Positions 1 to 13,377 are shown, counted from the whole stretch's first letter. The stretch: 60,794 bases of DNA, filler included, from 4 parts of 4 records of this genome joined end to end with filler, not necessarily neighbours in it, one strand, 5' to 3'. Numbers and translations are program-made. The notes: a model not told the origin generated them from the sequence alone.

Positions 1-1
1 G

Positions 2-669
2 GCCGGCAGTGCGCCTGCCTTCACCTTTGGAGGCGCCACCCCAGGTCAAGCGAGCCAGAGCACTCCTGCAGCAACGCCATTCGGCGCTTCATCGACCCCT
101 GCGGGCAATACTCCAGCGTTTGGAGCCCAGCCTACCCCGGGCCCCGTCTTTGGGGCTCCAGCCCCAAAGGACATGGCGCAGCCAGCGGCATCAGCCCCCT
201 TCCAGTTCGGTGGAGCACCAAGCACTGCGGCGGCCCCAACATTTGGGGGTGCAGCGGCCCAGCCTTCCAACCCAACCCCAGGAGGAAACGCAACACCCTT
301 CCAGTTCGGACAGGGAGGCGGGGCCCCAGCGGCAGCGCCGTTTGGGGGGTCACAGCCGGCCCAAAATAACCCCTTCGGTGGGGCGCCAGCAGCTACGGGT
401 GCTGCCCAGCCGTTTGGTCAGCCAGGTAAGCTACTGCCCATCATGTCTTGTTCCTGTTCAATATCTAACGTGCCAACCTTTCAGCTGGTGGTTTCCAAAT
501 GACCCAGGCGCAACCCCCTGCTTTTGGCGGTGGTGCCTCCGGTGGGGCCGTGCCATTCGGTGCCGGATCCCCTCCAGCTGGCATGATGGGTGGTGGGGCT
601 CCTGGTGGTTTCAATTTGGGTGCTCCTAAGAAAGGTGGTGGCCGCCGAGGTGGTCGGAGACAACGATAA
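2..669 (+). CDS. FG-repeat nucleoporin, C-terminal fragment (Nup1/Nup153/POM121-like tail), 5' truncated
   Basis: Frame from base 2 reads AGSAPAFTFGG...PFQFGG...PFG repeats. After GT-AG intron 426-484 (CTAAC branch point) it ends FNLGAPKKGGGRRGGRRQR*, the basic tail typical of nuclear-basket FG nups. Confidence 0.75.
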
Positions 670-704
670 AGTTTGGTCGCTCTTGAGTGTCAACCTGTTT
701 ATGT

Positions 705-1189
705 CTATTTTGTTCCTAGCTTTGCATTACCTAGCTCCCATCCCACCGGATCCCTAACTGCCTTGTTCTTCGTTCCGGTTGTGTTAAATCCCTGATACCT
801 ATACATTCCGCACAGACCTAACGGCTGCATGGAAACTAAGTAGGTGAACTAGACTCTTGCACGAATGCACTTACTGCTGTGAACTGAGAGCTCAGATTTA
901 CATTCCTAGAGCCCTGAGTATATTTAACATTTAGAGGGTTATGCCCGTATTCATCAGATGTGCGCTTGTACAAGAAAGTCTTAGGGATAACGTCAGGATC
1001 ATGTGGTGCCGGATCCGCTACCGCAGGGATTAGTTTTGACTGCAGAAATACTTCGGACAATCACGTACTCAGGTCACCCAAGACAGAGTGGTCCAGGTAT
1101 CCACTGAACACTCGCCCCCGCAGGTCATTCTGACGCCCTTTGGAAGACTCCTTACCCACATCTAGTACCGGGGCTTCTTCTTCGGCCAT
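705..1189 (-). CDS. Pierce1/Pierce2 (DUF4490)-like ciliary microtubule inner protein
   Basis: Spliced over two short GT-AG introns: MAEEEAP...FSGY...LYKRTSDEYG...SQFTAPLGLCGMYRYQGFNTTGTKNKAV...*. Matches the FxGY / YxxS.xYG / F...GM.r...Nt pattern of Pierce proteins. Start could lie further upstream. Confidence 0.6.
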
Positions 1190-2020
1190 AGCTGTTCTAT
1201 GTATGTTTTCGTGCCATGGACGAAACCGATATAGGTATCTTGTGGAGCAGAGAGGGCTGCTGACCCGACCATTGCCCAACATGGCGCAACCTGAGTGAAT
1301 TTGTTCCGAGGCGAGAAATGCAAGATGTCGTAGGGCCACCATGCTCCTCCATGTCTACGGTGCAGCCGTCCCGCGTTTTACTGCAGCTCCTTGCCGCGCG
1401 ATGTGGTCGGGTGTACTCGTCAAGTTATTCTGATGAAACTAAGGGCGCAGTCTGCACGGCAGTAGCATTCACGAAGGGAAGGTAACGGCCAATTGACACG
1501 AGTTTACCCGTACAATTCCGAATGTAATCACATTGTAGGGAATGGATGCGGATCGTCTGGTTGCCGACGGTAGCGAGGTGAGGAGCACCACGCGGTAGGA
1601 CGAAATCATAAATGGTTAGGGCGCATAACGGCTTCGCGGCTTCAGTTTCACTGATTTACTTACTCCGTACTGTATCGAAAGCCTCGTATACTAGTGCGGC
1701 CAACTTTGCCGGGCCCCCGGTTAGCCGTACCGACAGCCGTCCGGGGGATTCACGCGAACCGTGCGCCGTCCGCGGTCTGCGGTCGCCGGCAGCCGGGCCA
1801 GGGCTTGTGGCGGCCGAGGCCCTGGCAGCCGGTGCCGGTGTGATGAGTCCGGATCGAACATCACTTGTGAGATGGGCAACACGGCTTGATAGTGATGCAA
1901 CAGTCAGTCCTCTGGTGGTAGAGTGTATACAAGTGAGAGGGGTCTCACTACTCCACAGAGCAAAGGCCGCGCCTCACTGAGTTGCGCAAGGATAGTGTAC
2001 CAGAGTATGAGTTTTAGGTC

Positions 2021-4708
2021 ATGATATCTCGCGCGTCCTCAAGTCGCTCGCGAAAGAGCAACAACTCTCGCAAAGCGAAGCAAAAACCGCTGGAAGGTTG
2101 GTTCTTTTGTTCACAGCTTGAAGAAATTGCTTTGACATAAGTGCAGGTTGCTTCACGTGGACTATTGGCACTGGAACCGAGGGCCAGCTCGGAGTTCCCG
2201 GAGCAAATCCGACTGTGTTTTCATCGACTCCTCTTCCCGTGAGCGTGAAACCACCTGGGGACAGCCAACCCAAGAAGAGAAGTAGTAGTGACTCCAATCC
2301 CTTTACTGACGTCGCATGTGGCGATAACTTTATTGTTGCCCTAAAGGGTATGTGTCCTACGTTACATATTCACCATATTCTGACCATATGTAGACATTGG
2401 AGATGTGTATGTGTGGGGAGCTGGGGAGCATGGAGAGCTGGGCGGAGGCCCGGACCCTCCCGGAAGAACTGACTTCCCAAACACACACTATTGGGAACCC
2501 AAGATTCTAGAACCGTTGCTCCGCAACGTTAATATTGTAAAAAAGGTTTGCGCGGGGAGATACCACTGCGGTGCAGTTACCGAGTTTGGGTATCTCTACA
2601 TGTGGGGTGAAGGTGCGAACTACAAACTCGGTAATGGAAGCGAGAAGAACGTGTACACTCCCACCATGCCCCAAGGTATGGAGACACTGAAATTCATTGA
2701 CATCGGATGTGGCGACACCCACACAGTGGGCATCACAGGTGTGTGAGGAAATATAGAGCGAACCGAGAAATACTGACCAGGAAGTGATGTAGTGGATTCC
2801 AACGGAGTGGACACTTTTGTGTATAGCTGGGGAGCGACAGTTGACGGGGTGTTGGGACTGGGGTACACGACGGAGCGACATGTTTCCAAACCAACAGAGA
2901 TTCAATTCTTCAGGGGAGAAAGATCACGGACGCTTGCGTGTGGAGGTTACCATACTGTCTTGGCCTCAGACAGAGGACAGACGTACACATGGGGTCATGG
3001 AGGCAACGGCCGCCTTGGGCATAAGTCAATGGAAACCCTTTGGGAACCCCGTGCAGTAGAGGTATTCTCGCGCCGCCGGGTGAAGAGAATAGTTTGTGGA
3101 GCAGCACACAATCTTGCTTGGGTACAGGGTGATATCACAGAGAGGCACTCGGTAGACATAGATGATGAGCTCTGGGCTTGGGGAGCAAATTCATACGGGC
3201 AGCTAGGGCTAGGCCACAAAACCACCTGCCCTAAACCTCAGCAACTGGAATGCATGATCAAGCTTAAGATAATCGACATTGCTTGTGCTAGATGGCACTC
3301 GCTGTGTGTTGTCGGCATGGAGCTTGAAGATACCATGCACACTGCGGTATACTCGTGGGGAATGGGAGATTGTGGGCAGCTTGGGCATGTTGCTGCTCCA
3401 ACAGCAGTTCCAAAGGGATCCTCGAACCCCAAAATAATTCCGAATTTAGTCGGACTGCAGCCGGTAAAGGTGGCTGGTACGGCAAAAACCACAGTCGTTT
3501 TTACAGCAGAACGTACTCCGCCGCACCGTATTGACATCAAGGATGTAGAAAAGTTGTTTAATGACCACATGAACGGGTACCTCGAACGCTTGAAGATGCA
3601 GCGTGCTCGGAAAAAGGACATGTTCCTGGAGCAGTTGTGCTTAACAAGGATCAAGGAAGAAAAGCAACGCCTGCGCTTGGCAAACGAGGCGGAAACTCAA
3701 TATAAGGAGATGCAAAAGTCACATAAGCGCAATACACAAAAGTGGATTCGGCAGCGACAGCGAAGACTACAGGAGAGCACCACGGAAGCGTTAGAATCTG
3801 GAGGGATGTTGGAATCTGTTGAGGCAATACAAGATGATACAGACGATGTTACCAATGGAGATGGGGAGAAAGGTACAACTCCAGGAGTTCCAAAGACACC
3901 GCAAGGCGAAAGCGAGATATTGAGCGTGTTGGCTAAGATGCCTCAAGGCCGAAATGGCACAAGCGAGGGTCCTCGGGCTCGGCGTATATTCCAGAAAGCG
4001 CGTCGCCTTATTCGGACTGCCGATGGATTCCGGAATAGCGGATCGCAAACCGAGCGAACGCATTACACGTCACCACCACGTGAGAACGACAACCCAGAAT
4101 ACTACCACAATGGAAAGCTCCGCCATATCACGATGGTTTCAACATATGAAACGATGGAGCGGAAGATGAGAACTGAGTTACACAAGCACGCATCGCGCTC
4201 GTGGGCGAAGTCGTTGTTTCCGCAGGCCAGCTCCGAAGAGTCCAGGGAGAGTTTTGAGGCGCAAGGCAGCAAGGACAGGGAGCTTTCGGCCACCACTGAT
4301 TCAGATCCAATCACAGGCTGGGCTGGAGAAACGACAGAATCGAGAGTTCGATTTGAGGAGCCAGCGCAAGAATCTACGTTAGCACCCTTGGAATCAATGG
4401 CGACTTCATCGCAAATGGGTCGGCCACCGTGGGACAATACCAAGGAAAGCAGGCCACGAATTTTGGAGAAGTAAGTGTCTCGGTATTTGCCCAATGCTTC
4501 ATATACTGACAATTTAATCCACAGATCTTCGTATCCAAAATACACAGTGTCGATGGAATTGGCCAAGAGAACGCAAAAGAGCTCGGTTTTCACCATCAAT
4601 CCATTCGACTCACCGCTGATTCCGGCGCGAAAGGTGAAATGGAGGCGTGACAGCGATCGCCAATGGGTGCCTAAGTCGAATCGGGGACATTGGCTCAGTT
4701 CAAAGTAA
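2021..4708 (+). CDS. RCC1-repeat (beta-propeller) protein with coiled-coil and low-complexity C-terminus
   Basis: Repeated WG-x-G-x-x-GQLG / VACG-x-x-HT motifs across ORFs 2215, 2405 and 2792, joined by four short GT-AG introns. Last exon is ORF 4475..4708. Confidence 0.85.
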
Positions 4709-4773
4709 AGCGCATAAAGTAACTGAAGGAGAGGAAACCAAAGCGGATAGTTTTCTCCGCGGGATGAATCCTC

Positions 4774-7700
4774 TCAAGTTTTCACATACTTCAGCACCTG
4801 CTTAAGTAAAGACTGCAAAGCATTAGTCCGTGTAATAAGCAAAGGCCAATCAAAACTAACCTGCAGACGCTCTTGCTGTGCCTGAAGAGTCTCAAAAGTC
4901 TCTGTCATTTGGCGGGTGGTGAGACCACCCGCCAGGTATGCATGATGAAGGACGTAGTCAATGTTGGCGCGGTGGTCTGCTTCCTTGACCAATAACACGG
5001 CGATAAGCTCACGAGCCTGCAAGGGTGTTAGAATTCTTGATACGTACGCGACATTGATCCTGATTCACCTGTTCATCTTCAATATTTCCCCAAGGAATGT
5101 CAAGATCCTCAACAGAAGCAACCGCAGCAAGGATGTCTCTTCTATCACTGAGAAGTGGTCTCGATGCAAAGATCTCATAGAACACCAACCCAGCCGACCA
5201 ACAATCCATTGTCAGTGATGCACGTGCATCCCTCTGCTGCTTGGCCTGGATCTTGCGTGCGTACTCGGGGGACGTATAAGCGAGAGACACCTTTGGGCTC
5301 ATAAGATGCCCCACTTGCCGCGCCAACTCAAGGTCAACTACTTTCCATTGCATCCCCGCGAACATCATAATATTCTCTGGCTTCAAGTCGCCATGCACAA
5401 CATTATGGTCATGCATGTACTTGACTATACGCGCCACGCGCTCGATCAAGTACTTCCTTTCATTCCGGTCGAGATGTTTGTTATTCTTAAGGTGTTCTGC
5501 AAGAGAAAACTCGGCGGCTTCAAGAACCACACAGTGCGCCCTGTTTCCAGCATCCTCGACATAGTCGATCATGTCGGCAACGTAGTCAGAACGCAACATC
5601 TTCAAGAAATTGACCTCGTTGAAGAAATCCTCCCTATTTGAAACAAACTTCAGTGCGACTGGCTTGTTTGTCTTGATGTCATGTGCAATATATACAACAC
5701 TGGAGCCACCCAGTTGGACAGTGCGGTCAGACACCCGGAACCTGTTAAAGTACACCTGTCCCGCCTGGACGTTACCAGAGGCAGTCTGTGTGCGCACGGA
5801 GTCGTAACGGTCTTGTCCTACCCTCTGGGTCACAGTTGGGCCACCTCCTCCAAGCGGGCCTCCAATGGCCACGGTGGGTGTTGCGGAGAATGGTGATGGC
5901 TCCATAGCCGGTCCAAGAGCATCTCCAGCACCGGCTGTGGGCACGCCACCGCCAGCTTGAAGAGCCTGGATTGCTGCCAAGATTCGTTTCCTGGGACCAA
6001 CACTGTCCACTCCAATGCTTTTGAGATCATCGTCGTTCAGGTGCATCACGTCATGAACTGTATGGATTTCCGCATTCGTGAAAACCTTTTGGAGGCGTTG
6101 GAGACCCAGCTGGGCCAGCCATGCTGATATATCTTCTTTAGAGTTTCCAGCAGCAACATTGCCACGGGCAACACTGGAGGAAATAGTGATGATGTCGCTT
6201 TCATCAACATACTCGTCAGACGTTTTCAACATGGTCAGATCACCACCTCCTCCCACACCGCCCCACAATACCATCAAGTTTTCAATCACACAGCAGCCGT
6301 GCCTAAATCGGGCAGATGGGACTTGACCTGTCACTCGCACGCTGGACCAGATCAAGGTTGATGAGTCCAAGCTCCACAAATCATTCAGCAGCTCAGACCC
6401 GAACTTGCCATTCGTCAGACCGCCAAATACAACCATATTCTGCCCCATCAATACAGCGCTGTGACCGTAGCGAGGGCACGGCGTGGCTTGGGCTGGCATT
6501 GTTAACACACGCCATTCCAATCGTTCGCAATCGAATGCGAAAATGTCGTTGAAAGCAAGCCCGGATGCCCCTCCACCAAAGCACCAGAGCTCAGTTCCAA
6601 CACGTACCATCGAGTGACCACACCGGGGAGATGGTAGTGTTCCCGTGGTACTGGCCTTCATCCACTCAATGGGCGGTCTCAGATATAGTATGTAAGTATC
6701 ATTTGTGTAGCCGAAGCGCTTGCTGTGTCCACCGAAAAGAAAAACTTGGTCTCCCACGGCAGTCAATGTGTGTCCAATCTGTCCCCCGGGTTTGTCTCCG
6801 CCTATCTTGGGCTTGCTCCACGACCACTTTTCAACATCGAGAACATGAACACGATCATCAATACTGTGAAGGTCGGTTCCCCCGAAGAGATATATGTTCC
6901 TGCCTCGCTTGGTCCAAGCGTGACCCACTCGATCAGTCGGTCCGCGTCCATGAGTCTTCGGCTTATGCCAGTCTTGGTCATCAGCATCGAAGTACTTCAA
7001 CTCCCCCTGAACTTTTCCACGAGCAACACCCCCGAACATCAAGACCTTGTGCCCAAAGCCCATGAGAGTAGGCCCTACACGCGGCTTTGGCACCTTTCTC
7101 ATTTCTTCAAAGGAGATCTCGATCCATCTCTTTGTCTCCATATCAAGCACCCAACAATCATTGTGGACCCGAGTATTGTCATGCCCACCCACAATGAAGA
7201 TCTTGTTACCTACTGGTGTCGCGCAGTGGCCCGTCCGTGGGGAGATGGGTTCACCCGGCTCCTTCAGACGTGACCACGTCTTTGCACTGACATCGAACTT
7301 CCAGATATCATTGAGCGGCTTCCCTCCAACTTTCCCGGCAGAACCGCCAATACAGTATATCACACCCTCTAGGCAACACATTGCAGCGCCTGCACGTGCC
7401 GGTGGGGTTTCGCCATTGATATGAGACATGGTCCACACCATCTGTTCCAGGTCAAGCACGTAAAGATTGTCTAAAGTGAACGACGCGCTGTCACGGCCAC
7501 CAAACAGGTATAGTTTGTTCCGGAACATTGTAACTGGAAACCTCGTTCCAGATGGAGAATCGCCACGACACCTCGGCTGCCACCAGGTCATTGTATTGAA
7601 GTCAAGTTGCGATACATCTGGCAGATTTCGTCTCCCATTTGTGCCACCTATTAGCAACATTTTGTTGGCAACAACAAATAGCTGGCCATCCATTCGGCCG

Positions 7701-8032
7701 TCTGGTATCTTTCCTGAGCACTCTTGAAGACTCCAGGAGTACTTCACAGTATCTAACATCCATAGCTCAGTTTGTAGATCAGATCCTCCAAACACCACGA
7801 GAGTATCGCCGTGCATAGTTATGGCGGCCCTCGACTTACTGGCAGGACTATCTCCACTACAGTCCTTTTGCTCCCACTGCAGTGAGTATGTGTCGAGGAT
7901 TCGGACATCGCAGTCAGCCTGGGACCCGTCCGGATTCTGCGCACCACCAAGAAGCAGGAGTCGGCTACCAAACCCAACGGCAGAGTGAAACGCCCTTGAA
8001 ACGCCACCACAATCGGCAGGATACAGTGCCAT
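4774..8032 (-). CDS. Kelch-repeat (about two propellers) + SAM domain + Ser/Thr protein kinase
   Basis: About 11-12 R-x-x-H...FGG...W Kelch repeats; SAM motif (WLAQLGL...LNDDDLKSIGV..VGPRKRIL); kinase motifs VALK, HGDLKPEN, DLE, YTSPE, DCWSAG. Two 3' introns lead to the stop at 4774. The N-terminus may have extra exons. Confidence 0.85.
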
Positions 8033-8379
8033 GGTCAAAAGGAACCTTCGTTAGCCTAGCCTGTCACGAGCAAGACTGTATGTAATGCCAAACATATAGC
8101 ATATATCCTAGTATTACAGTCCGCTGAGTCACTTCCTCGACGAAGCATTGGCTATGACCTTCTGCTGGTTCAAAGGTCCATACCCGTGCCACGTCACCGC
8201 ACAGTGAAAGGAGCGTCGCGCGACACCACGTCAGGTCACCTCAGAGAATAGCGTGGGTATGAGGCCGGCAGTGGGAAAAAGGAGCACAGGCAGTAGTAGA
8301 GGATGTCCATGCAACCTTCACACCCCTCCATCCCTCCGCCCTTGTGCGGGTTGGTCGGCTGTTAAGAGTTGGGGCGACC

Positions 8380-9310
8380 AGTGGGGCGACCGGCCCGCGT
8401 GAGTGCCCACGCTGAGCCGTCGCCAGTCTGGCACTGACCACGCCTTCGGTCTCTGATTGCGAGTTGCCTGGTGCCACTGCCGAGATGCCTGAGGCCCCCG
8501 GCCGGGTACGGTCAGCCGGGGGGCCTGGCCGGGCCGGGTGCAGTGAGTCCAGTCAGTGGCCGGCCGTGTGGATGCCAGGCGGGCGGTCAAGACGAGCTCT
8601 GCCCCGGCAGCGGGCAGCCGGGGCCGGCGCGCCCGCGGCGCGGGCCCGCGGGGTACCCGCGTGGCCGCCGTGAGCCCGCTGGGCCCCTGCTGAGCAATTG
8701 AGTGGCCTACACAAACAACCATATTGTTATGTATGATTTCACATAGCCATTAAGAAAATCAGTTACAGAGCCTTGAACAGCAGGCGCACGCAGCAGCCCC
8801 CAGACGGACTGACCGGACCGGACGGCCAACGCCGGTGCACGAACCGGACCGCGCGCCCCCCGGCCGCGCGGGGCCGCCCCGCCGCCCGGCCCCGGCGGCG
8901 CGGGGCGGACGTGCGCCTCACCGGCACCAGGCCGGCCTGGGCCGGGGGACCCGACCGCGGTGGGGACGGCGGCCTCGGTCCGGGGCCGGGGGGCCGGCCT
9001 CCTGGCGGCTGTCCGGCCGTGCCGGCCGCGCTGGGCCGCTACCCGGCCGCCGCCTGCCCGCCCCCGGCGCCGCCTGGCGCTGTCACAGTACGCCGGCTCA
9101 GCTCGTCCACCCCGCCCCCGCGGCCCGGCCACTGACCGCGGCCTGTCTCATCAGTGTGCGGCTGTGCCAGTGTGATCCGCCTTGCTCACCAAGAACACGG
9201 AGCCAACGCAACCACGTCGGCTACCAGACCGCGGCGGATCGCTTCGGCCGGTCGCTTGTCGTCGGCCATGGACTGGTGCGCGTGGCTACCAGTGACCCCA
9301 GCCCGCGGAA
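8380..9310. promoter_or_regulatory. GC-rich island, probable bidirectional promoter (representative of about 9 such islands)
   Basis: Extremely G/C- and CpG-rich stretch between divergent starts at 8032(-) and 9463(+). Similar islands at approximately 1700-1850, 11950-12440, 21470-21880, 24190-24450, 27830-28290, 31520-32600, 37960-38350 and 41230-41960. Confidence 0.6.
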
Positions 9311-9462
9311 CACGGTCTTGGCGAACAGCTTTCATCAGGTAACACTATCAGGTGGCGAAACTAGGCGCTTCAAGATAGCGAGGATAGACATTAGTTTTAG
9401 TCCGCATCATCGTAAATATATGCATATCTGGCCTCCGTACATCAGACATCTCTGACAAACTA

Positions 9463-11172
9463 ATGAGTGAGTACGATATGACAGTTCAGGACCGGCCAGA
9501 GTCCCGGTCCTCCGCGGAACGACCACTATCGCGAGCCACAGACAGACCTTCATCTCGAGGAAGTGAGAATCGCCCTCCTTCACGAAACAAAGCACTGGAT
9601 CCAGGAGTCCCAACGGTAGAGTTGCCATTGCCTTGCTTGTCGTCATACCTAACATATACACGAAGATATTTACGGCAACTCCTGAAAGCAGAAGGTCTGG
9701 GACTCCGGAGTTCCATGTGCTCGAGCAGAATAATATGCCAGTAACCCCAGCAGAAATATTAGAAATGGCTCAGTTTCTTGGAATCGACACATCGTCTGAG
9801 TTCCACTTAATGTGGATTGCAAAACTGGCCGTCACGACTCCACTCCCCCCTGACTGGCTGGTGCGTTTGCTAAGAACTATTGGTAGACTGACCATCTGCT
9901 CACGTGGCACTCCCTATTAGGCCAAGGTAGACAACGATGGGAAACTGTTGTTCTTCAACACCAAATCCAAGGAGAAAACCCGAAGACACCCCCTGGACGA
10001 GCATTTCATCAATTTGGTGGAAACCGAACGTCGAGAGGCGGCGGAGAAAGGAAGTATGTTAACATACCACTGGAAATATTTAGTAGTTGACATTGTCTGT
10101 AGAAACAGGGAAGGGGGCAGAAGCCATGGAATTGATGGACGCAAAAGGGAGGCCATATTATTACAATTTTGCCACAAAGAAGAGAACGGATTCCGAGGAT
10201 ATGTACAGCACTAAGCCTTTAAGTGACCCCATCTTAAGCGATATGTTCGTGTCTACGAATGTAAGGCTTGTTTTAGATGACATTGCCATCTTTACTAACC
10301 AAACCAAAGAATCCTTCATCTGCTGGTAATAGAACGTCGCGGAACCAAATGTCTCGCGGAGAGTCAAGAAAAAGGTTGGCCGATAGTGCTATACGTAGCG
10401 TGTAGATGCTTATGTTACTGCCACAGCTCGCGACCTGGGACATCATCAAGCTCACGGAAGAAGTTGGAAAAGGTTGATGTACTGGCATTCAAGTCTTGGT
10501 GGGAAGATGTGAGAGAAGGAAAAATCACAGTGGAACTGTTCTTCTTTGTGGTTGAAAAGGAGTTTGAGGTTAGTTATAACCGCATTGTGCGCCTTGATAT
10601 GGTGCTGATAAGATTATCCAGATGCTGCTGCATCATACTGGTCAGAGGTTGAGGGTCGGCGCACTACGAGATTCTAATGGTCGAATCATTGAGGTGTGTC
10701 GCTACCCACTAGTGTCTAACCGAATCTAACCAGCTGTTGAAGTGCTGGGATCTTCACCTTGGCAAGGTTCTGAACGTATTGGGAAAGCCAATCACGCTAA
10801 TGAGCTGCAACCTGACGACTGCGAACTGGCTGGGATACCACGCGAAGAGACTACTAACCATGAAACAACAAATTGAAATCGAACTGAGGAGGTATGATAA
10901 CTGCCGCCAACTGCCTTGCCATATCATCAACAAGGGCCCATCACACCTGAAGGGTGGTCTTGACATGAGGAACACCATGAACCAAATTAAGTACGTCCCA
11001 GTGCTCATCAGTTCTTTCACCCACTAATATCATACTTAGGGAAGTAGGCCACGTTCTGAAAAAATACCGACCAAACCTAGCGAACACATACTTGGACGCA
11101 ATAGAGGAAGAGGACCCCCCAAAAGGCCTGTTCAAGACAACCACACTCACTTGCTACATCAATCGAAACTAA
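9463..11172 (+). CDS. Protein with CEP164-type WW module and a DM10-like C-terminal segment (probably ciliary/centriolar)
   Basis: Multi-exon. EILEMAQFLGID...LMWIAK...PLPPDW...FFNTKSKEKTRRHPLDEHF is the CEP164 N-terminal WW context. A second WW-like GRPYYYNFATK follows, then WDLHLGKVLNVLGKPITLMSCNLTTANWL (DM10-like). Confidence 0.6.
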
Positions 11173-11314
11173 ACACCATAGAATCGCCATTTCGGGTTTC
11201 GGGTCGCCATATTCCCTTTATAAACCGAGGAAACAGATCCACTGTACGCTCGTATCGAGCAGCAGTCGCAAACTAAAAGATCCAGGCTAGTTTTTCAGGA
11301 TGTTACAACACCGC

Positions 11315-11729
11315 CTAGTTCTTCTTGCTGAACTCTTCAAGAACAGCCTTCCCGTCCTTCAACTGCTCATTAGCCGCCATGAGGTCCTCGTTCTCCTCAC
11401 TCAACTCAGCAAGCTTCTCCTTATTCTCATCCTACAAACACTATTAGTAAAACGGCACTCGTTGAGACGAAAACAAATACCATAAACTTGGTAAGGTCAT
11501 CAAGAGCAGCCTTGATTCTCCGCGAACAGTCAGGGAACATCATGCTATTCTCCCCCAAGACCTCTTCTTGCTTGGCAATATCATGTGGGCAGGCGTTATC
11601 ATCCTTGAGCTTCTGAATTTTTCCACGCTGCTTTTCGTCTTCCTTCTCATATGAGCGAATCTCTTTGATTAACCTCTTGATGACTCCACTCTTGATTTTA
11701 AGTGGGCGGACAGCATCGTTTGTGGCCAT
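11315..11729 (-). CDS. TBCA: Tubulin-specific chaperone A
   Basis: LKIKSGVIKRLIKEIRSYEKE...DIAKQEEVLGENSMMFPDCSRRIKAA is the TBCA signature. One 49-nt intron at 11432-11480. Confidence 0.92.
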
Positions 11730-12510
11730 TTCTACGTTTATGAGATCTTCCATCATCTGGTACTGCATATATTACTCACAAAGGGGCACTGAAACCTGTG
11801 TTCTCAGGCCCGAGTTGGACGGGAGGTCAGTGTGAGTTCAAGTTATCACCGTCTGTCTGGTTGGGTGCAATACCGGCCCATCGGAGCAGTCCGGCTGACG
11901 AGTGATAATGCTCCGTACTCGCAAGGCACCCATCACGGTGACCGACCGCCGAATCCTGGGCCGGTCATGCGCCCCCGCCGCCGGGCGCCCGGGCCCGCCG
12001 GCCGATCCGGGCCCAGCCCAGGGCCCGGTTCAGTTCCGCGCGACGATTGGCAGTCCGGGACGGACGGGAGGCGGTGCCGCCGTGGTTTGAGTGAGAGTGG
12101 TTCACCCCAACATCAATGAAGCACCCCGGCCCCAACCAGCGTTGGCACACACCGTCCGTTCACACGTCCGATCAGGCTGGGTTTTTATGTTGGGCGTAAT
12201 TCAAAAGTTTGAAAAGTAATTATGCTTCTCGGAATCAAAGAATCTGAGTCTGTTGGGGCTCGGCCACTGCAGCTCTGCTGTCCGGTTCGGCTCTGCGGCT
12301 TTTCGGCCCCGGCCGCTGGGCAGCACGGCGCGGTCACTGGCACTCACAGTGGACTGACCGGCCGGCTGACCCTCAGTCACGCCCTGGCCGTGGCCGGGCG
12401 GCCGCCGGCCCTACATTACGTGCCGGCCGGCGCGTGAGTCGTAAACACACTCTCTGTATCTATACATCCATTGGAACACGAGCACTAAGCTAGATGCAAG
12501 ACAAGGAGAC

Positions 12511-13377
12511 ATGGCAGAGTTCTTCCCTATAAACGCAGCGCTGCATGAGGCGACGTTCGTACAAAAACAAAGGCCCTGCGTTGTCTATCAAGACATCACC
12601 TTCCGGAAACCAGAAATGGTGCGGTGGCTTGTATTCCAAAACTATTTCGTGGCGTCGATCAAAATTAGTGTACAGCTTGGTAGTGGCGATAGGAAAGTGG
12701 ATTCGGGTACGTTCCTTTCGGAAACGTCTGGAGCAGCTAGACTCATGGTGTGCTTCCAGGGGGTGATATGAGGCAGACTCGGCCAGAGGCCACCGAGAGC
12801 TGGCACGTACTTTTCAAAAATCATCAGCTCATGGCTAGCCCGCATCATGAAGATGACGCATACAAGTGGCACCGTGTGGACTTATGGAAGGTATGCCACT
12901 CAAAAACTTATTTTTTCATGTTTTACAATGTGTCGTAGCAAACCAACCTGGACCTTAAGAATAAGAACATTAGCTGTGTTCGGCTAACGCTGGTGCAACC
13001 ATCGCCGAACTGGCGTGAGTTCAGGGTAGAAAATCTGTCTTGTTTTGGCTACTATCTCCCTGTGGATAAGAGTCCCAAGGCCAAGCACGCGGATTCTCAA
13101 GAATATATGGTAACTAACTATATAGAATCTGTTTTGTTTTTGATAGCTAACCAGCAGTTTCAGTCCGTTGTGGCGTCCAAGTACAACTCCATGTTCAAGC
13201 TGTGTGATTTGGCAAAGTCAACAATCAGTACAGGCACCGAAGAGAAAAACGAAGAAATTGTAAGGGTGTCTATCATGTGTATTGGACCGTGTCCCTCACA
13301 CAGCTGTACAGGTCGTAGCTACTCCGAACATCACTGCAGATGATGAGATTTATTACATCACCGTAGCAAGGGAGTGA
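12511..13377 (+). CDS. NICN1: Nicolin-1 (tubulin polyglutamylase complex subunit)-like
   Basis: Spliced product has FQNYFVASI, LMASPHHEDDA and VRLTLVQPSPNWREF, matching NICN1 motifs FxNYY, LMPxPHxE and LxQPSPxW. Confidence 0.75.

Noticed and set aside
1061-1063. In-frame TGA between ORFs 1061..1342 and 836..1060 suggesting readthrough or Sec
   Set aside because: It lies within a canonical GTACGT...GTAG intron of the Pierce-like gene.
1430-1605. CTGATGA...GAAA hammerhead-like core (another CTGATGA near 23143 on the minus strand)
   Set aside because: No stem II pairing and wrong spacing.
8241-9455. Many overlapping Arg/Pro/Gly/Ala-rich ORFs here and in the other GC islands
   Set aside because: Expected from stop-codon scarcity at very high GC; no domains recognised.
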